Source of the DNA: Octopus bimaculoides
Taxonomy: Eukaryota
Assembly: GCF_001194135.2 (NCBI RefSeq)
Contig: NC_068989.1
Span: forward strand, 4,852,388-4,916,387
Reading direction: 5' to 3'
DNA length: 64,000 nt
Position numbers and translations under genes: made by a program. Under the pieces are notes generated by a model. It saw only the letters and a program-made list of their open reading frames with translations. It had not been told where the DNA came from and searched no databases. Of the stretch, positions 61,228 through 64,000 are shown piece after piece (the first letter of the stretch is position 1; each line of letters opens with the position of its first letter).

Positions 61228-61964
61228 TGTACAGCATTCTACAACTACCTTAGTGACTTTCTCATCATTGCTTTAGCAAATATTGTGAAGTCTATGTTCC
61301 ACTGAAACGGTTACATAACACCAAAACATTCTGGAGTTTTCTCTTGTTCTTGATAAAATAATTATCAATTAATGTTGTCTTTTTCTCAACATATAAATTT
61401 TTCTAATTAGATTTTAATACTTGCCGTATTAAGCATTTCAACATAAATTTAAATATATTAATTTAATTTCAGTCTCACAGTCTTACCCTAAAAACTTGTT
61501 GTATGTGATTGTGAGAATTCGTTCGTTAATGATGATGATTGGAGGGGGGCAATTGTTGTGATGGAGGGGAAGATTTTTTTTTTTTATTGTTGTTGTTTTA
61601 GATTCTTTGTTAAATGTTATTTTACCTTTGCTGCAACAAGTTATTCTCCAAATACATTTTGCATATTCAAATGCTTGAAATTTAGTGGAAGGAACTAGTC
61701 AATTACCAAAACTCCAGTGTTCTACTGGTATTTATTTTAACAAAAACAAAAAAAAGAAAGGGAGAAAAAGGACTAACTTCAGCACATTATGACACCATTT
61801 TGTATAAAGGATTTGAAATGTGATCAAAGAGAAGCCAACTAATTTCTTACAAAAGAAGAGAAGAAAGAGCTTCCACTCTAAGAAATTATTATTCTAATCT
61901 GTGTAAATTTGTTTATATTTAAATGAAAACATTTCTATTTGTTTTTTTGTTAATGTTGTTTCAG

Positions 61965-62047
61965 AATGTCGAGCACTGTTATTACCATGGCAAGGTCAAA
62001 CGAGATGAATGGTCAAGTGTTGCAGTCAGCACATGTAATGGGATCAG
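61965..62047 (+). CDS. ADAM prodomain exon (83 nt, phase 0-2): NVEHCYYHGKVKRDEWSSVAVSTCNGI(R)
   Basis: Acceptor TGTTGTTTCAG|, donor AG|GTAAGA; diagnostic HCYYHG...S.VA.STC.G motif of the Pep_M12B propeptide. Confidence 0.97.
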
Positions 62048-63167
62048 GTAAGAAAACTCTTCAAGGTCTATCTATCTACCTGCCGGTCTATCTTTCTGTT
62101 TGTCTGTCTATCAATCAATCAATGATCATTTGATATCCATTTCCAGTGCTGACATGGGTTGGACTGTTTTGGCAGGATCCAGTAAGCACCTATGTCATCT
62201 TTGGGATGGTTTCTATGACTGGATGCCACTAATGAGATCACCAAGTAACTTTCAAGCCAGGAAAAGGACAACTCCCTTGACTAAGTTGGTGGAAAGTATT
62301 CGAGAGGGAGCAGATGGTTTTATGGCTGGTGTTGAGAGGTTAAAGTATGATGGAGGGACAAGTGCAGATGTCTTACTATTGAGACAATACATGGCTTCCC
62401 CATCTTTCTATGTGCTTCCATTATCATCTACTTTCCATCTTCAACACTCTTAAAAATAATATTGTTATTCTTTAACTGAGAATTCCTTCATTTGTGTCTC
62501 AGCTTCGTCTCTTTCATATTGGTCATCATCTTTATCATTTGCATGTCATTGCTTTCAGTTCAGAATTCTTTATAATTTAGGTCCACATCTTGCAAATCAA
62601 GTAATTCTCAGGCATTACCATCATCCATAGAAGACATTCCTAGTGTTGTGGTTAAGGGTCTCAACAAGTGAGGACTACTGTTACATATACTGGAAGTTGT
62701 TGGATTGAAGTAAAAATGAGCAATAATTAACCAAGAGGAAAATTGTGCTACCAAAACTAAAATAGGCCAACACCACATTACTTGCAAATGATCAACATGA
62801 AGTTTTGAAGAAGGAGAAGAAAAAGGATAACATGCTCTGTTATCATCAAACGTGCAAAAATAACAAACAGAAATACTGCAATAGCTGAATTGGAATGGGT
62901 TTTTTTTTGTCAATTTGGATCAAAAATTGCAATCAGAAGCACATTCCTTGAAGTCAAAACAAAGACTGTCTGTTTGTCGTAGTTCAAAGAAAACACAGGA
63001 AAAATTGAAATTAAGAGAGTGAGGAAGGAAGAAAATATTTTCCATAAGTTATGGATCTTTTGACATGTCTAGAAAACAAAAAAGCATTTATGGATCTCAT
63101 CTCCTGTATTTCTGATGCTTCATGTATCATTCATGTATCGCTCTTTCTCTTCTTTTTGCAACTACAG

Positions 63168-63231
63168 GGGTGTCATACAGCTGCGCAATGAAACCTATGT
63201 CATCCATCCTCTTCAAGGTGGTGATGAGGAG
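63168..63231 (+). CDS. ADAM prodomain exon (64 nt, phase 2-0): (R)GVIQLRNETYVIHPLQGGDEE
   Basis: Acceptor CTTCTTTTTGCAACTACAG|, donor GAG|GTATGT; G.I...NETY.I.PL motif, resembling mmd/UNC-71 GVIHIGNETFVIHP as recalled. Confidence 0.95.
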
Positions 63232-63828
63232 GTATGTATTGTCTTATAATCGTTAATTAATTTATGCATATGTAAGTAGATAAGCAATTTGGATCAAAAA
63301 CTGCAATCAGGAGCACATGTACAGGTGTGTGAGCTTCAGTGCAGACCTGCGTGTGTGATTCTCTTTCAGGTTAATTCTTCAGTTGTGTTTCATTATATGT
63401 GTGTGTAGTTGTGAGCATGTCATTTTCATTTACTCCCTATAAATATATATGAGGATTCTATTCGCTTCAGATTTATATGCAAAGTTATCTCTGAGAAAGT
63501 TAAGACACTCACACCTATGTACTCATCCAGCCCATGCCAGCATGGAACTGAAACATTAAACAATGATGAGCCATATACACAAACATATACATACATACAT
63601 ATATAAAGACAAGACGTGCTTTTACCTGTCTCTTCTCATAGCTCGTCTTTCTAGTGCTCGTAATTTTTCACATAGCCTCGGCTCAACAGCCCTCACCGGT
63701 TGTTTTTACTGTCTTGTTCTCACTGTCCTGTTCTTGTTACCACTTTCACCCTCCACAAAAAAAATCCCAAATTTTATTTAATTTGCTTTGCAAGAAGAAC
63801 TGTTTCAACAAAGTCGTGTATTGTCCTA

Positions 63829-63994
63829 TACGATGGGCTTCTTTCAGTTTCCGTCTACCAAATCCACTCACAAGGCTTTGGTCGGCCCGTGGCTGTAGTA
63901 GAAAACACTTGCCCAAGGTGCCACGCAGTGGGACTGAACCTGGAACCATGTGGTTGGTAAGCAAGCTACTTACCACACAGCCACTCCTGTGCCT
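63829..63994 (-). mobile_element. SINE family A head, well conserved
   Basis: Reverse complement of 35023-35175. Confidence 0.9.
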
Positions 63995-64000
63995 ATATAT

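Larger units (their letters stand above)
18455..63231 (+). other. Partial gene span: ADAM-family (mind-meld/UNC-71-like) metalloprotease-disintegrin, signal peptide plus prodomain exons; continues 3' of the window
   Basis: Five GT-AG exons join in matching phases (1-0, 0-2, 2-0, 0-2, 2-0) into one open frame with ADAM prodomain motifs YQIVYP, IRLDLNKELL, HCYYHG, STCNGIRGVI, NETYVIHP. The similarity to mmd/UNC-71 is recalled from memory, not from a search. The 5' boundary is uncertain. Confidence 0.9.

Noticed and set aside
63369-63450. Next ADAM exon after the TTCTCTTTCAG acceptor
   Set aside because: It reads VNSSVVFHYM... to a stop with no expected HPH/cysteine-switch-like sequence or good donor; the next exon is probably beyond the window.

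Overview
Animal (eukaryotic) genomic DNA: AT-rich, very microsatellite- and SINE-rich, with 8 N-gaps. The repeat families look like those I recall from Octopus (coleoid cephalopod); this is inference, not a database result. The supplied ORF track is almost all noise (microsatellites, gaps, repeats). Reading splice sites directly shows the 5' part of one + strand gene, an ADAM-family metalloprotease/disintegrin most like Drosophila mind-meld / C. elegans UNC-71. Five phase-compatible prodomain exons (21666-21826, 24216-24298, 60779-60845, 61965-62047, 63168-63231) splice into G-GPPQETSKYLYQFEFNRLLLDSIPKPYQIVYPQQLRHNNVVSINTRQHRVRHH-GTYDHHKCVTIQLELFEKKYKIRLDLNK-ELLSKDIVVKQYMNKNQQIILR-NVEHCYYHGKVKRDEWSSVAVSTCNGIR-GVIQLRNETYVIHPLQGGDEE, with a 36,480-bp intron; the gene continues beyond the window. 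Top lead: two candidate upstream exons (18455-18482, 20603-20671) would give a signal-peptide-like N-terminus MSGKLSTSKIA*LLVFWCLLKNSFVG interrupted by one in-frame UAG, a candidate A-to-I stop-to-Trp gate (alternative models are listed). Other leads: a 6-nt microexon candidate, a candidate alternative first exon in the giant intron, two template-switch-like hairpins around one exon, a 34-bp direct repeat around another, and nested or inverted TEs (RTE, R4/Dong-like, DD37D mariner, piggyBac-type MITEs, Helitron/HINE-like, three SINE-like families). No rRNA, tRNA gene or CRISPR array is supported.
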